A DNA stretch of 64,000 bases from an uncultured bacterium (GTDB lineage: Bacteria; Zixibacteria; MSB-5A5; UBA10806): assembly GCA_965541585.1 (NCBI GenBank), contig CBEUCH010000010.1, forward strand, positions 1-64,000, read 5' to 3'. Under the pieces are notes generated by a model. That model did not search any database. It was not told where the DNA came from and saw nothing but the letters and a program-made list of their open reading frames with translations. Position numbers and translations under genes: made by a program. This document shows positions 48,692 through 58,029 of this stretch, piece after piece. Each line of letters starts with the position of its first letter. The stretch's first letter is position 1.

Positions 48692-51106
48692 CTATTTTAT
48701 AATAGTCATCTGTCTGATAGAGACCGTTGGTCCGGAGGTAAACTTGTAGAAATAAATGCCGCTTGTGATATTCCTTCCGGCATCGTTTTTTCCATCCCAT
48801 AAAAGCTGATTTAGACCAGCAGGAAATTCCTTAGAAGCCAGGTTCTTAACCAGCCGACCCCTGATATCGTAAATCTTAAGATCAACCCTACTCCGTTCGG
48901 AAAGATCAAACTCTATTGTGGTAGAGGAGTTGAAGGGATTGGGGAAGTTCTGATATACGATCGGGCTTTCAGGCAATATCTCCTCATCGTCGACGTCCGC
49001 TGGAGATCCTATTATGGCTGTTACCTGGGCCGGAATATACCTCTGTTTGGTCGCTGTGACGGTCATAAATCCTTCAGCCAGCGGTTCGATATCGAAACGG
49101 ACGCGGCCGGCGTTATCGGTGATGTCAACCTCGAATAATTCACCCGGCATATACAGACAGACCCTTGCCCCGGACAGATGATCGTTGCCGTCGAATACCC
49201 GGTATTGCAGTTGCTGCGGCCCGCCGAACTCGATCTCGGTCGGACCCTCCACCCGGAGGTTGCCATCCACAGAAAGCCATAACGCCATCTCCGGATCACC
49301 AAAGAGATTGTGCCCGTATCCGATGTCCCGGTAGTTGGGGTAATCGATTTTCGATAGAGCCTCGGCCACCGAGAGCCTGCTGGTGGAATCGTTGAGGACA
49401 TGGGTTATAAATCTCCTTTCCAGATTGTATGAGGATGAAACCCATCCCCAGCGGGTATTGCCGAGGAAAGCCACCCCTGCGCCTGGCTCGATCATATACG
49501 ACTCTGCAAAACAGTAGGGGCTGATATACGGTGGCGGTCGAAATATACCTGTATCGAAATCCAGAGAGGCGAGAGCGCAACTTATGGAGTAATGGACAGC
49601 CGGCTGGTCATAGGTCGTCAGGTGGCTCAATGCTCCACAGCCATTCCAGGCAACCGTGTCTCCCCAGACTCCCGAATAGCCGTAGTTATTATATTGAGTA
49701 CTTTTCGCTGTGTACCACGAGTAATCGCCATGGTTGAGATTCGAAATGAATCCCCATCCTTCCTGCATGACTTCAATCACGTATTCCCCGGTCGGGCTGG
49801 TCGGTGCAGGATCGTTTCCACTGGGTTCCTCGATCAGGCGGCTGGCATCGGTGATGAAGTTATCGGGCATCATATCTGCCAGGACATTGTGTTGACCCAG
49901 ATCACGCATCTGATCGGCACAAATAAACAGCGCCTTGGTCAGATACGATGGATCGCCATTTCCCGGATTCTTCTCATATATGATTGCCTTGTTGCCCCAG
50001 ATGGATGCATGTTCAGCGGTCCAGGCAGGTACTCTGCCAACATATAATTCCGGATAGATGTCAGGCTGATCCTGATACGATTCGCCCCAGACACCATCGC
50101 CGTCAGCGTCCCAATCACCGGTGAGATCAGCGAAATAGAGATCGGATATATGTTGCACATCCAGCTCAGGATGATTGTTGCTGACATTACCAGGATACAG
50201 ATAACGAATGGGGACAACATCATCGCTACCGCCCAGGAGAACATACTGGACACCCTCGCTGTAAGCCTGAATAAGGTAATTCCTTAGTTGTTCGGCGGGA
50301 TCGATCCCGGCGGTGCTGGCCAGGATGTCCTCGATCAAAACCATATCCGTGGGTAATCCCTTCTGATTCTTCCAGACAAGGAATGGATAAAATCCCGGGG
50401 CTATTTCGCCCGATGTGATTATCAGATATTGCGGTGCGGGGATGTTGCCCAATACTATCGGCGGGCCATCCGCTGGCGGCGAGGCCATCAACGGAAAATC
50501 AATCTGGTTGCTCACCATTCCCATTAACGCTCCATATGCATTTGGATCGCTTTTGATTATTAAAGCACTCCTATTGGATCTGGACCGGAGGCTGAGATGA
50601 ACGGTAATTTCCGGATAAAACAGGATCCTCCCCGAAAGCGGCTTATAACCTATCGGGTAAACCGCCAGATCCGCGACATGGATATCACCCCAGTTGCCGG
50701 AGCCCAATAGCCTCACACGCTCTGCCGGAAAAACCTGGTCGGACTCATAGATTAATGGATCGGGGAAGGATGCCGTGTCAGCGGGATAGTTGCCAGGTCT
50801 GAGATCGCCCCTGATGAAATCGACCTCGGCTGTTCCGATTATCAGGGAGTCGGGAATTTCATAGCTTAAATCGGCTACCTCGGTATTGGGAGGCAGGGCC
50901 AGCTTTATAATCCGATATTCCAGAGCCGGCGCGCCCGGAGAAGCAATCATTTCGCCGCCGTCAATTGATACCTTCCCGTCTACCAGGTCGACAGTGCTTC
51001 GGTCTGTAACCACCGTATAGATGTATTCGTCGCTGGCCACGGCTAAACTGCCCATGCTATAGGCAGTTAGCAACATTATCAGTATTCTATCTGAGATCAT
51101 TTTCAT
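48692..51106 (-). CDS. C25 (gingipain-family) cysteine peptidase with propeptide and T9SS CTD
   Basis: PGAPAL propeptide, YLIIT..WKNQKG, YVLLGG..VP, SDLYF.DL, VGRVP, NHG and SISC catalytic dyad, NLFGDP, and CTD NFPNPFN...MTIIK. Confidence 0.9.
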   Translation of the reverse strand: MKMISDRILIMLLTAYSMGSLAVASDEYIYTVVTDRSTVDLVDGKVSIDGGEMIASPGAPALEYRIIKLALPPNTEVADLSYEIPDSLIIGTAEVDFIRGDLRPGNYPADTASFPDPLIYESDQVFPAERVRLLGSGNWGDIHVADLAVYPIGYKPLSGRILFYPEITVHLSLRSRSNRSALIIKSDPNAYGALMGMVSNQIDFPLMASPPADGPPIVLGNIPAPQYLIITSGEIAPGFYPFLVWKNQKGLPTDMVLIEDILASTAGIDPAEQLRNYLIQAYSEGVQYVLLGGSDDVVPIRYLYPGNVSNNHPELDVQHISDLYFADLTGDWDADGDGVWGESYQDQPDIYPELYVGRVPAWTAEHASIWGNKAIIYEKNPGNGDPSYLTKALFICADQMRDLGQHNVLADMMPDNFITDASRLIEEPSGNDPAPTSPTGEYVIEVMQEGWGFISNLNHGDYSWYTAKSTQYNNYGYSGVWGDTVAWNGCGALSHLTTYDQPAVHYSISCALASLDFDTGIFRPPPYISPYCFAESYMIEPGAGVAFLGNTRWGWVSSSYNLERRFITHVLNDSTSRLSVAEALSKIDYPNYRDIGYGHNLFGDPEMALWLSVDGNLRVEGPTEIEFGGPQQLQYRVFDGNDHLSGARVCLYMPGELFEVDITDNAGRVRFDIEPLAEGFMTVTATKQRYIPAQVTAIIGSPADVDDEEILPESPIVYQNFPNPFNSSTTIEFDLSERSRVDLKIYDIRGRLVKNLASKEFPAGLNQLLWDGKNDAGRNITSGIYFYKFTSGPTVSIRQMTIIK

Positions 51107-51156
51107 TATTTCCCCTCCGGAAATAGTGATCATTTCAAAAACTCGTAAAGGTGTTC

Positions 51157-51172
51157 AGCAACGCTGATGCCA
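51157..51172 (-). promoter_or_regulatory. Putative sigma-54 promoter of the C25 peptidase
   Basis: Minus strand TGGCATCAGCGTTGCT fits TGGCA-N6-TTGCW. Confidence 0.65.
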
Positions 51173-51361
51173 TGGCCGTTTTAAGGTGATCCGGATTGGA
51201 ACGGCGTTATAACGTATTCATTCATAAAAGGATACACAGAGCGTTAAGGTGCTCCCCACCATATAATGAGACCTCTGATAGGCCGATCTATGGGATTGCC
51301 TCCATACTTGTCGTTGTATCGCTATATCTTCTAACAAAATACGGATTGAGAGTTTTTTTGC

Positions 51362-51406
51362 TTGACTCTGGTGGGAAGAAATACCAAGATTGTGGGTGAA
51401 AGTGGG
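51362..51406 (+). promoter_or_regulatory. dcw promoter with MraZ-binding GTGGG repeats
   Basis: TTGACT-17-CAAGAT, with GTGGG at 51371, 51392 and 51402 (roughly helical spacing) immediately upstream of mraZ. Confidence 0.75.
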
Positions 51407-51420
51407 AGAGATAATCTGAG

Positions 51421-51864
51421 ATGACAGCACTAAAAGGCACATTCAAATATTCTATCGATCACAAGGGGAGAGTAAACATCCCGGCCAGATTCAGGGACAA
51501 ACCGGATACCCCTGGAAGCGACCATTATGTGGTAATTCGCGGTTTTGAGGGTTGTCTATTCGTATATACCCACGAGGCGTGGCTTAGAATCGAAGAGAAG
51601 TTATCGGAGTTGAAAACGTTTTCTAACGCGAAGGCTCGCCGCTTTGTTCGAGCCCTGCTTTCGAATGCCGCAGATACCAAACTCGACAAGCAGGGCCGGA
51701 TCGCTATTCCCCAGAATCTTCTGGACCTGGCAGGCATAGGAAAAGAGGTCGTGGTACGCGGCATTTTAGATAAGATTGAACTCTGGGCCCCTGAAACATT
51801 GAAAAAGTATCAGGAAGACCAGCCTGAGTCCTATGAGGATATGGCTGGAGAGCTACTAATCTAA
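51421..51864 (+). CDS. mraZ: Division/cell wall cluster transcriptional repressor MraZ
   Basis: IDHKGRVNIP and LDKQGRIAIP SpoVT/AbrB repeats. Confidence 0.97.
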   Translation: MTALKGTFKYSIDHKGRVNIPARFRDKPDTPGSDHYVVIRGFEGCLFVYTHEAWLRIEEKLSELKTFSNAKARRFVRALLSNAADTKLDKQGRIAIPQNLLDLAGIGKEVVVRGILDKIELWAPETLKKYQEDQPESYEDMAGELLI

Positions 51865-51866
51865 CG

Positions 51867-52766
51867 ATGGATCACAAGCCGGTCATGACCGGTGAGATCG
51901 TATCGATTTTCGCTGATGTACCCGACGGCGTATTCATAGACGCCACTTACGGACTGGGCGGCCATACCAGGGCGCTGCTGAGCAGTTTTAGGGAAAAATT
52001 CGAATTCATCGGGGTCGACCGTGACGGCGAAATCCTGGAAAAAGCCGAGCGGAGTCGGCCGCAAGCGGTGACCTTGCGCCAGATGAAATTTTCCGAAATA
52101 CCTGGAATGCTGCGGAGGGAAAAGATCGGGCCTTTAACAGGGATATTATTTGATCCGGGATTGAATTCCGTCCAGCTCGATGATCCATCGAGAGGCTTTT
52201 CATATTTGAAGCCTGCATCCCTCGATATGAGGTTTGACAGGGAATCCGGCAGGTCTGCGGCCGAATTGATACGGACCTTAGAGGAAGACGAATTGATAAA
52301 GATTTTAAAAGAATACGGTCAGGAGAAAAACGCCAGGGCTATTGCGAGGGCAATTATTGCGGAAAGACCGGCGACGACCGAATCTCTGGCATCCTTGATA
52401 AGAAATATAGTGGGCTCGCGGCGGTTTATCAAATCAGCGGCAAGGGTGTTTCAAGCGTTGAGGATAATCATAAACGATGAACTCGAAGAGATAAGAACGG
52501 CCGTTTCGGAGGTTATCCCGATGCTGGCAGCGGGCGGGCGTCTGGCGGTGATTTCCTATCACTCGCTGGAGGATAGGATCGTCAAAAGGCTCTTTCTGCT
52601 TAATTCAGGAAAGTGCTTTTGCGGACCGGAGGTGGCCGAATGTGCCTGCGGTAAGCGCAGCCTGCTGGAGGTTAAGACGAAAAAGCCTCTCAGACCATCT
52701 GAAAAAGAAGTAAAGGCCAATTCGCGTGCCCGTCCAGCGAGGCTCAGATATGCGGAAAAGTTATAG
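51867..52766 (+). CDS. rsmH: 16S rRNA (C1402-N4)-methyltransferase
   Basis: HKPVM, DATYGLGGH, LDMRFD, FQALRI.IN.EL and SYHSLEDRIVK. Confidence 0.97.
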   Translation: MDHKPVMTGEIVSIFADVPDGVFIDATYGLGGHTRALLSSFREKFEFIGVDRDGEILEKAERSRPQAVTLRQMKFSEIPGMLRREKIGPLTGILFDPGLNSVQLDDPSRGFSYLKPASLDMRFDRESGRSAAELIRTLEEDELIKILKEYGQEKNARAIARAIIAERPATTESLASLIRNIVGSRRFIKSAARVFQALRIIINDELEEIRTAVSEVIPMLAAGGRLAVISYHSLEDRIVKRLFLLNSGKCFCGPEVAECACGKRSLLEVKTKKPLRPSEKEVKANSRARPARLRYAEKL

Positions 52767-53184
52767 GAGAAGGCGTCCGGAGAAGAGGCGAGGAGGGCTT
52801 CTGGGTATCATCCCGATCATGGTCTTGTTATTGTCTCTGGCCTGGATATGGAAGGCGGACAAAGTCAAAGAGCATTATTCCACGATGAAGAATCTCGAGG
52901 TGAGGAAGAAGGCCTTGACGACTGATAACTCCCGCCTTAAAGGCGAACTCACAGAGTTGAAATCGCTTACTAACGTGAATAATATAGTAACGAAACGATA
53001 TGGCCTGACGCAGAACGTATCAAGCAGGGTTTTCCTGCGGGACCCGGTTAAGCCGGCGGGCCGCATGAGCAAATTTCATCTGGTGGACATGCAGGAGATT
53101 ACGGACTGGCTGGAACGGGCGGTATTCAAATCGGGCCATATTACGGCAGAGGAGCAGAAAAATATGAAAGCAGGGCGAAAATAA
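52750..53184 (+). CDS. ftsL: FtsL-like cell division protein
   Basis: Lies between rsmH and the PBP gene; basic N-terminus, single TM, coiled coil. Confidence 0.6.
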   Translation: MRKSYRRRRPEKRRGGLLGIIPIMVLLLSLAWIWKADKVKEHYSTMKNLEVRKKALTTDNSRLKGELTELKSLTNVNNIVTKRYGLTQNVSSRVFLRDPVKPAGRMSKFHLVDMQEITDWLERAVFKSGHITAEEQKNMKAGRK

Positions 53185-53186
53185 AG

Positions 53187-55154
53187 ATGGCAGAGCTAAG
53201 AACCATACGCAACAGGGGCAGAGGAATCATATTTCTAATGGCGTTCATTGGCGCCATTTTCATTGCCAGAGCTGTGCAGATTCAGATAATCCAGCATCGG
53301 GAATTTGCCGCTTATGCCGATTCCCAACAGCAATCGGCGATGCCGCTGAAGGCTAAAAGAGGCGCCATATACGATTGCGAGGGCAGAACTCTGGCATACG
53401 ATGTTGAAGCCAGAACTTATACCGTAAACCCCGGCTATATGAATTCCCCCCAGATGGCCGCCCGTAAACTTGCAAAACTCACCGGGAGGTCGGTCTCCCA
53501 CTGGAAACAGCAGTTTAAGAAGTATCCCGGGTATCTGGTGGCAGCGCGTCGAGTCCCTCAGAGTAAAGAGCCTGAATTCGAAAATGCGGGAATAGAGACA
53601 TTGAGATACAGGATCGAATCGGTGCGAATCTATCCTTATCGCGATCTGGCTTCCGAGGTTATCGGCCGAACGGACACCGATAATATCGGGGTATCAGGGC
53701 TGGAGATGCACTATCAGGATATCTTAACTGGCATCGATGGCAGCAGCGTATACCTTCGGGATGCCAGAGGCAGAGAGGTGGCGGCCTGGGAGCATACTAT
53801 CGTTCAACCTCAGGATGGTGCGGATATTTATCTGACTCTCGATGTCGATCTTCAGCAGATAGTTGAAGAGGAACTCAACAGGATGCTCGATTCCAGCGGA
53901 TCGATCTATGGCTCGGCGATATTCCTTGATGTCATTACCGGTGGCATTCTTGCTTGCGCCACCGTCGAAAGTACCAAACCTCAATTTGCCAGATGCAGGA
54001 GTATCGTCGACATGAACGAGCCGGGCTCCACGGCTAAGATCGTACCTCTGGCCACTGTCTTCCAGGCGGGTTTATTTGAACCTGATGATATCATAAACGT
54101 AGAAGGAGGCAGGTTCAAGATCGGTCGGCGCGTCATCAGGGATGATCATCCATACGATTCGCTTCGCTGTGACGAGATAGGCATTTATTCGTCGAATATC
54201 GGAGTATCAAAACTTGGTATAACTGCGGGAGCGGAACGAATCTATAAGACTCTTGTGCAAATGGGCTTCGGGGCCAAAACCGGCGTTGATTTCCCGGGAG
54301 AATCTGCCGGTACGGTTCGAAAGCCCGACAGCTGGACTGACCATCTTCTGGCCAACATCTGTTTTGGATATGGCATTGCGGCCACAGGCATCCAGATTGT
54401 GTCCGCGTACGGAGCCATTGCTTCCGGAGGCGAGCTATATAAGCCCTATTTCGCCGCAAAGAAGGTTCTACCGGACGGGACCGAAAGAATTTTGAATTCA
54501 AAGAAGCTTGTCAGAAAGATCTCGGACAGTCGCACGGCCGGAATTCTCGATCAGATTTTGCAGGGGGCTGTGCAGAGGGGAACGGCCAGAAAAGCCAAGG
54601 ACAGTCGCTGTCAGATCGCGGGCAAGACGGGAACGGCTCTTAGAACGAGATTGGAGGGCAGAGGTTATGATCCTGAAAGGTCGCTGGCATCATTCGTGGG
54701 GTATTTCCCGGTTGGGAATCCTCGAGTAGTCGGCCTGGTGATGTTCGACGAACCACAGACCAGCATTTACGGTGGCGAGGTCTCGGCGCCGGTGTTCAAA
54801 AATATGGCCAGAAGATACAGCAGCCTTCCTCGCAAAAGTATGCTGGCTGTTGCCGGGAGCGAAGAACGTTCATCCGAATCCCGTTTTAACATTGCAAGCT
54901 GGGAAGGTGCACAGATGATGACTCTCGCCGCAATCCGCCCGTTGGGAAGAGAGGATTTTCCCTACGATGAGGTTGATCGTATCATCCTGCCGGATTTTCG
55001 CGGTAAAACTATCAGGGATGCCATGCGGTTGGCCAGATCGCTGGGTTTAGACTATTCGATTGCCGGAAGCGGAGTGGTAATATCTCAAAATCCTTCTCCT
55101 GGCGTTGCCCTCTCAGGAGCCGGAACTCTCGAGCTAATCGGCGGACTGAGATGA
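53187..55154 (+). CDS. ftsI: Class B penicillin-binding protein (FtsI/PBP3) with PASTA domain
   Basis: RGAIYD, EPGSTAK (SxxK), SSN, KTGT and a C-terminal PDFRG..Q.PSPG PASTA domain. Confidence 0.92.
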   Translation: MAELRTIRNRGRGIIFLMAFIGAIFIARAVQIQIIQHREFAAYADSQQQSAMPLKAKRGAIYDCEGRTLAYDVEARTYTVNPGYMNSPQMAARKLAKLTGRSVSHWKQQFKKYPGYLVAARRVPQSKEPEFENAGIETLRYRIESVRIYPYRDLASEVIGRTDTDNIGVSGLEMHYQDILTGIDGSSVYLRDARGREVAAWEHTIVQPQDGADIYLTLDVDLQQIVEEELNRMLDSSGSIYGSAIFLDVITGGILACATVESTKPQFARCRSIVDMNEPGSTAKIVPLATVFQAGLFEPDDIINVEGGRFKIGRRVIRDDHPYDSLRCDEIGIYSSNIGVSKLGITAGAERIYKTLVQMGFGAKTGVDFPGESAGTVRKPDSWTDHLLANICFGYGIAATGIQIVSAYGAIASGGELYKPYFAAKKVLPDGTERILNSKKLVRKISDSRTAGILDQILQGAVQRGTARKAKDSRCQIAGKTGTALRTRLEGRGYDPERSLASFVGYFPVGNPRVVGLVMFDEPQTSIYGGEVSAPVFKNMARRYSSLPRKSMLAVAGSEERSSESRFNIASWEGAQMMTLAAIRPLGREDFPYDEVDRIILPDFRGKTIRDAMRLARSLGLDYSIAGSGVVISQNPSPGVALSGAGTLELIGGLR

Positions 55155-56656
55155 TTCTTGCGGTTATGAATGAAATAACCAGACAAAGTCGGCGGATAAC
55201 TCTGCGTGAGCTTTTTGAAGGATTCGATGTAGCCTTCCCGGAGGATTCTTACGATATAGAGATTTCCGGGCTGGCCGATGATTCACGCCAGGTAAAACCA
55301 GGAGATCTATTCGCCGCGGTTCCCGGGCATGATACCGATGGGCGGAAATATATTGCAGAAGCCTCAACCCTGGGGGCGGCAGCGATACTGACATCGCCGG
55401 GAATGGATTTGCATGCTAATATTCCTGTAGTTCTGACCAACAACATAAGATCCGACTTGGGTGCAATGGCCGACCGCTTCTACGATCACCCATCGTCGAA
55501 GATGGCGGTGGCCGGAATCACCGGCACCAACGGCAAGACTACAACAGCATTCTTACTGGCAACTATCTTCGAAACATCCGGAATAAAATGGGGTAAGATC
55601 GGAACTATCGGCTGCGACATAGCCGGTCGGCATATCCCCTGCGGGAATACCACTCCCGGCAGCATCGATCTGCACAGGATTCTGGCCTCCATGGTCGAGA
55701 AGAATCTTGCCGGCTGTGCCATGGAGGTATCATCTCATGCACTTGATCAAGACCGTATCAAGAATATAAAATTTTCCTCGGCTACCTTCACCAACCTGAG
55801 CCAGGATCATCTCGATTATCACCGTGATATGGAGAGCTACTTTGCTGCCAAAGCAATACTTTTCGCGGACGTCCCCGTTTCGGTTATCAATATCGATGAT
55901 GAATACGGGCGAAAGCTGATCGATCGAATTAACGGAAAGGTTGTTACATTTTCATCCGCGACGGATGCCGATCTCGAAGTTAGCTGTATAGATTCGGATA
56001 TGCAGGGTTCGGTTTTGAGGTTTCGTCACGGCGGCGAGGATAGAAGTTTTAGATTTCCATTGCCGGGATGGTTTAACCACCAGAATGCGGCTGCGGCCGC
56101 GGCAACGGCCATCGGTCTGGGGTTAACGCTCGACCAGGCGGTGGAGGGATTGACACAATCAACCGCCATTCCCGGAAGGCTGGAACCGGTCGATCTTGGC
56201 CAGCCGTTCGCAGTTTATATAGACTATGCACATACGCCCAATGCTCTTGAAAGGCTGCTTACAAGTCTTCGCCGTTTTAACCCGAATAGATTACACGTGG
56301 TTTTCGGATGCGGCGGCGATAGGGATAAGAAAAAACGTCCGCTTATGGGAGAGATAACATCGAATCTGGCCGATCATATCTATTTGACATCGGATAATCC
56401 CCGTACCGAAGATCCTAAAGCCATAATTGATGATACGCTTAAAGGTATTGCCGATCGCAAGAAATGTGTTGTGATTGAGGATAGGCCGCAGGCTATTCAA
56501 TCCGCAATCTCCGGAGCGTCGGAGGGCGACATCGTAGCCATTGCCGGTAAAGGGCATGAAGAATACCAGGTGATTGGCACGGTGAAGAAATATTTTTCCG
56601 ATATCGAAGTGGTTAAATCAGTGTTGCGGAAGTTGGGTTATGGGAATAATGGTTGA
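55151..56656 (+). CDS. murE: UDP-MurNAc-L-Ala-D-Glu--meso-diaminopimelate ligase
   Basis: GTNGKTT, MEVSSH, DHLDYH, DYAHTP, DNPR (meso-DAP specificity) and GKGHE. Confidence 0.97.
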   Translation: MILAVMNEITRQSRRITLRELFEGFDVAFPEDSYDIEISGLADDSRQVKPGDLFAAVPGHDTDGRKYIAEASTLGAAAILTSPGMDLHANIPVVLTNNIRSDLGAMADRFYDHPSSKMAVAGITGTNGKTTTAFLLATIFETSGIKWGKIGTIGCDIAGRHIPCGNTTPGSIDLHRILASMVEKNLAGCAMEVSSHALDQDRIKNIKFSSATFTNLSQDHLDYHRDMESYFAAKAILFADVPVSVINIDDEYGRKLIDRINGKVVTFSSATDADLEVSCIDSDMQGSVLRFRHGGEDRSFRFPLPGWFNHQNAAAAAATAIGLGLTLDQAVEGLTQSTAIPGRLEPVDLGQPFAVYIDYAHTPNALERLLTSLRRFNPNRLHVVFGCGGDRDKKKRPLMGEITSNLADHIYLTSDNPRTEDPKAIIDDTLKGIADRKKCVVIEDRPQAIQSAISGASEGDIVAIAGKGHEEYQVIGTVKKYFSDIEVVKSVLRKLGYGNNG

Positions 56657-58028
56657 AAGAAAAAGTATGCTGTTTACGATAGGAGAGGTAGGTGAAATCC
56701 TGGGGTCGAAGTTGGAGGGGGATCCCGGATTTCACCTGACCTCCGTCAGGGGAATCAAGATCGACAGCCGGAAAATCGACCAGGACGATTTATTTATTGC
56801 TATCAAGGGCCCGAGATATGACGGTCACGATTTCATCGAGGCGGCAATGTCAAATGGTGCGGTAGCCGCAATCGTCTCCGGGCAAGAGGCGGAACGCCGG
56901 AAGCTTTATGGCGAAAGATATATCACCGTAGATGATACGATCTACGCTCTTGGAGAACTCGCAAAGCATCATCGCAAGAAGCTAACCCTGACCGTGGTAG
57001 CCGTAACCGGCTCCAATGGCAAGACCACTGTTAAAAATCTCATCTATGAAATTCTATCCCGGAATGGCCCGACGCTTAAATCGCCGGCGAATTTCAATAA
57101 CTTCTTCGGCCTGCCACTCTCGATATTTCAGATCAACGATCGCCACAAATCGGCCGTTCTGGAGTTGGGAATGAGCGCCAGGGGAGAGATTTCCCGGCTG
57201 GGGGAGATAGCCTCGCCAGACGTCGCCGTCATAACCAACGTGGGGCCGGTGCATCTTGAATTTTTCAACAATGTCGATGAAATCGCGGAGGCGAAGCTTG
57301 AAATTCTGGAGAGGATCGAACCGGGTGGAACCCTGATTGTAAACGGTGACGATGAAATTCTAAATGGCAAGATTAGTCAGGGAGATTATGAAATCGTTCG
57401 CTTCGGCCTATCAGGAGAAAACGATATCAATCCCCAGAACCTGACTTTCGACGAGAACCAGTTGCCCTCCTTTAAGATCACTGGGACGCCTATAAGATCG
57501 AATCTGCCGGGTGTCCATAATGTTTATAACATACTGACTGCATTTGCGGTTTCGAAGGTTTCGGGAGTCTCGCCGGAGCTTGCCGCGGCTGCCATAGATC
57601 GCTATCGGCCCGATGAAATGCGATCGGAAATCATAAAGAAGAAGGGGATAACGTTCATAATTGACTGCTACAACGCCAATCCGGTTTCCATGAAGTATGC
57701 GCTGGATACCATGGCCAAAATGGAGTGCAAGGGTCGTCGAATTGCGGTTATGGGAGATATGCTGGAGCTGGGCGAGCTCTCAGAGATGTATCATCGGCAA
57801 ATCGGCATTTACGCTTCTGAACAGGGAATCGACACCGTTTTTTGCTACGGGCCTTTAGCCGGGCTCATAGCCGAATCATCCGGCGAGAAAGCTTATCATT
57901 TCGACGAGCAGGAAGAATTAGCGGAACGCCTGTTAAGGGAGATAGCCAGGGGCGATATGGTCTTGTTTAAGGGCTCTCGAGGTATGGCTCTGGAAAATAT
58001 CGCAAACCGGGTTATGGGATCGCTATAA
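56640..58028 (+). CDS. murF: UDP-MurNAc-tripeptide--D-Ala-D-Ala ligase (start may be 56649 or 56667)
   Basis: TGSNGKTT, ELGMS..GEI, YNANP.SM, GDMLELG and KGSRG. Confidence 0.97.
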   Translation: MGIMVERKSMLFTIGEVGEILGSKLEGDPGFHLTSVRGIKIDSRKIDQDDLFIAIKGPRYDGHDFIEAAMSNGAVAAIVSGQEAERRKLYGERYITVDDTIYALGELAKHHRKKLTLTVVAVTGSNGKTTVKNLIYEILSRNGPTLKSPANFNNFFGLPLSIFQINDRHKSAVLELGMSARGEISRLGEIASPDVAVITNVGPVHLEFFNNVDEIAEAKLEILERIEPGGTLIVNGDDEILNGKISQGDYEIVRFGLSGENDINPQNLTFDENQLPSFKITGTPIRSNLPGVHNVYNILTAFAVSKVSGVSPELAAAAIDRYRPDEMRSEIIKKKGITFIIDCYNANPVSMKYALDTMAKMECKGRRIAVMGDMLELGELSEMYHRQIGIYASEQGIDTVFCYGPLAGLIAESSGEKAYHFDEQEELAERLLREIARGDMVLFKGSRGMALENIANRVMGSL

Positions 58029-58029
58029 T

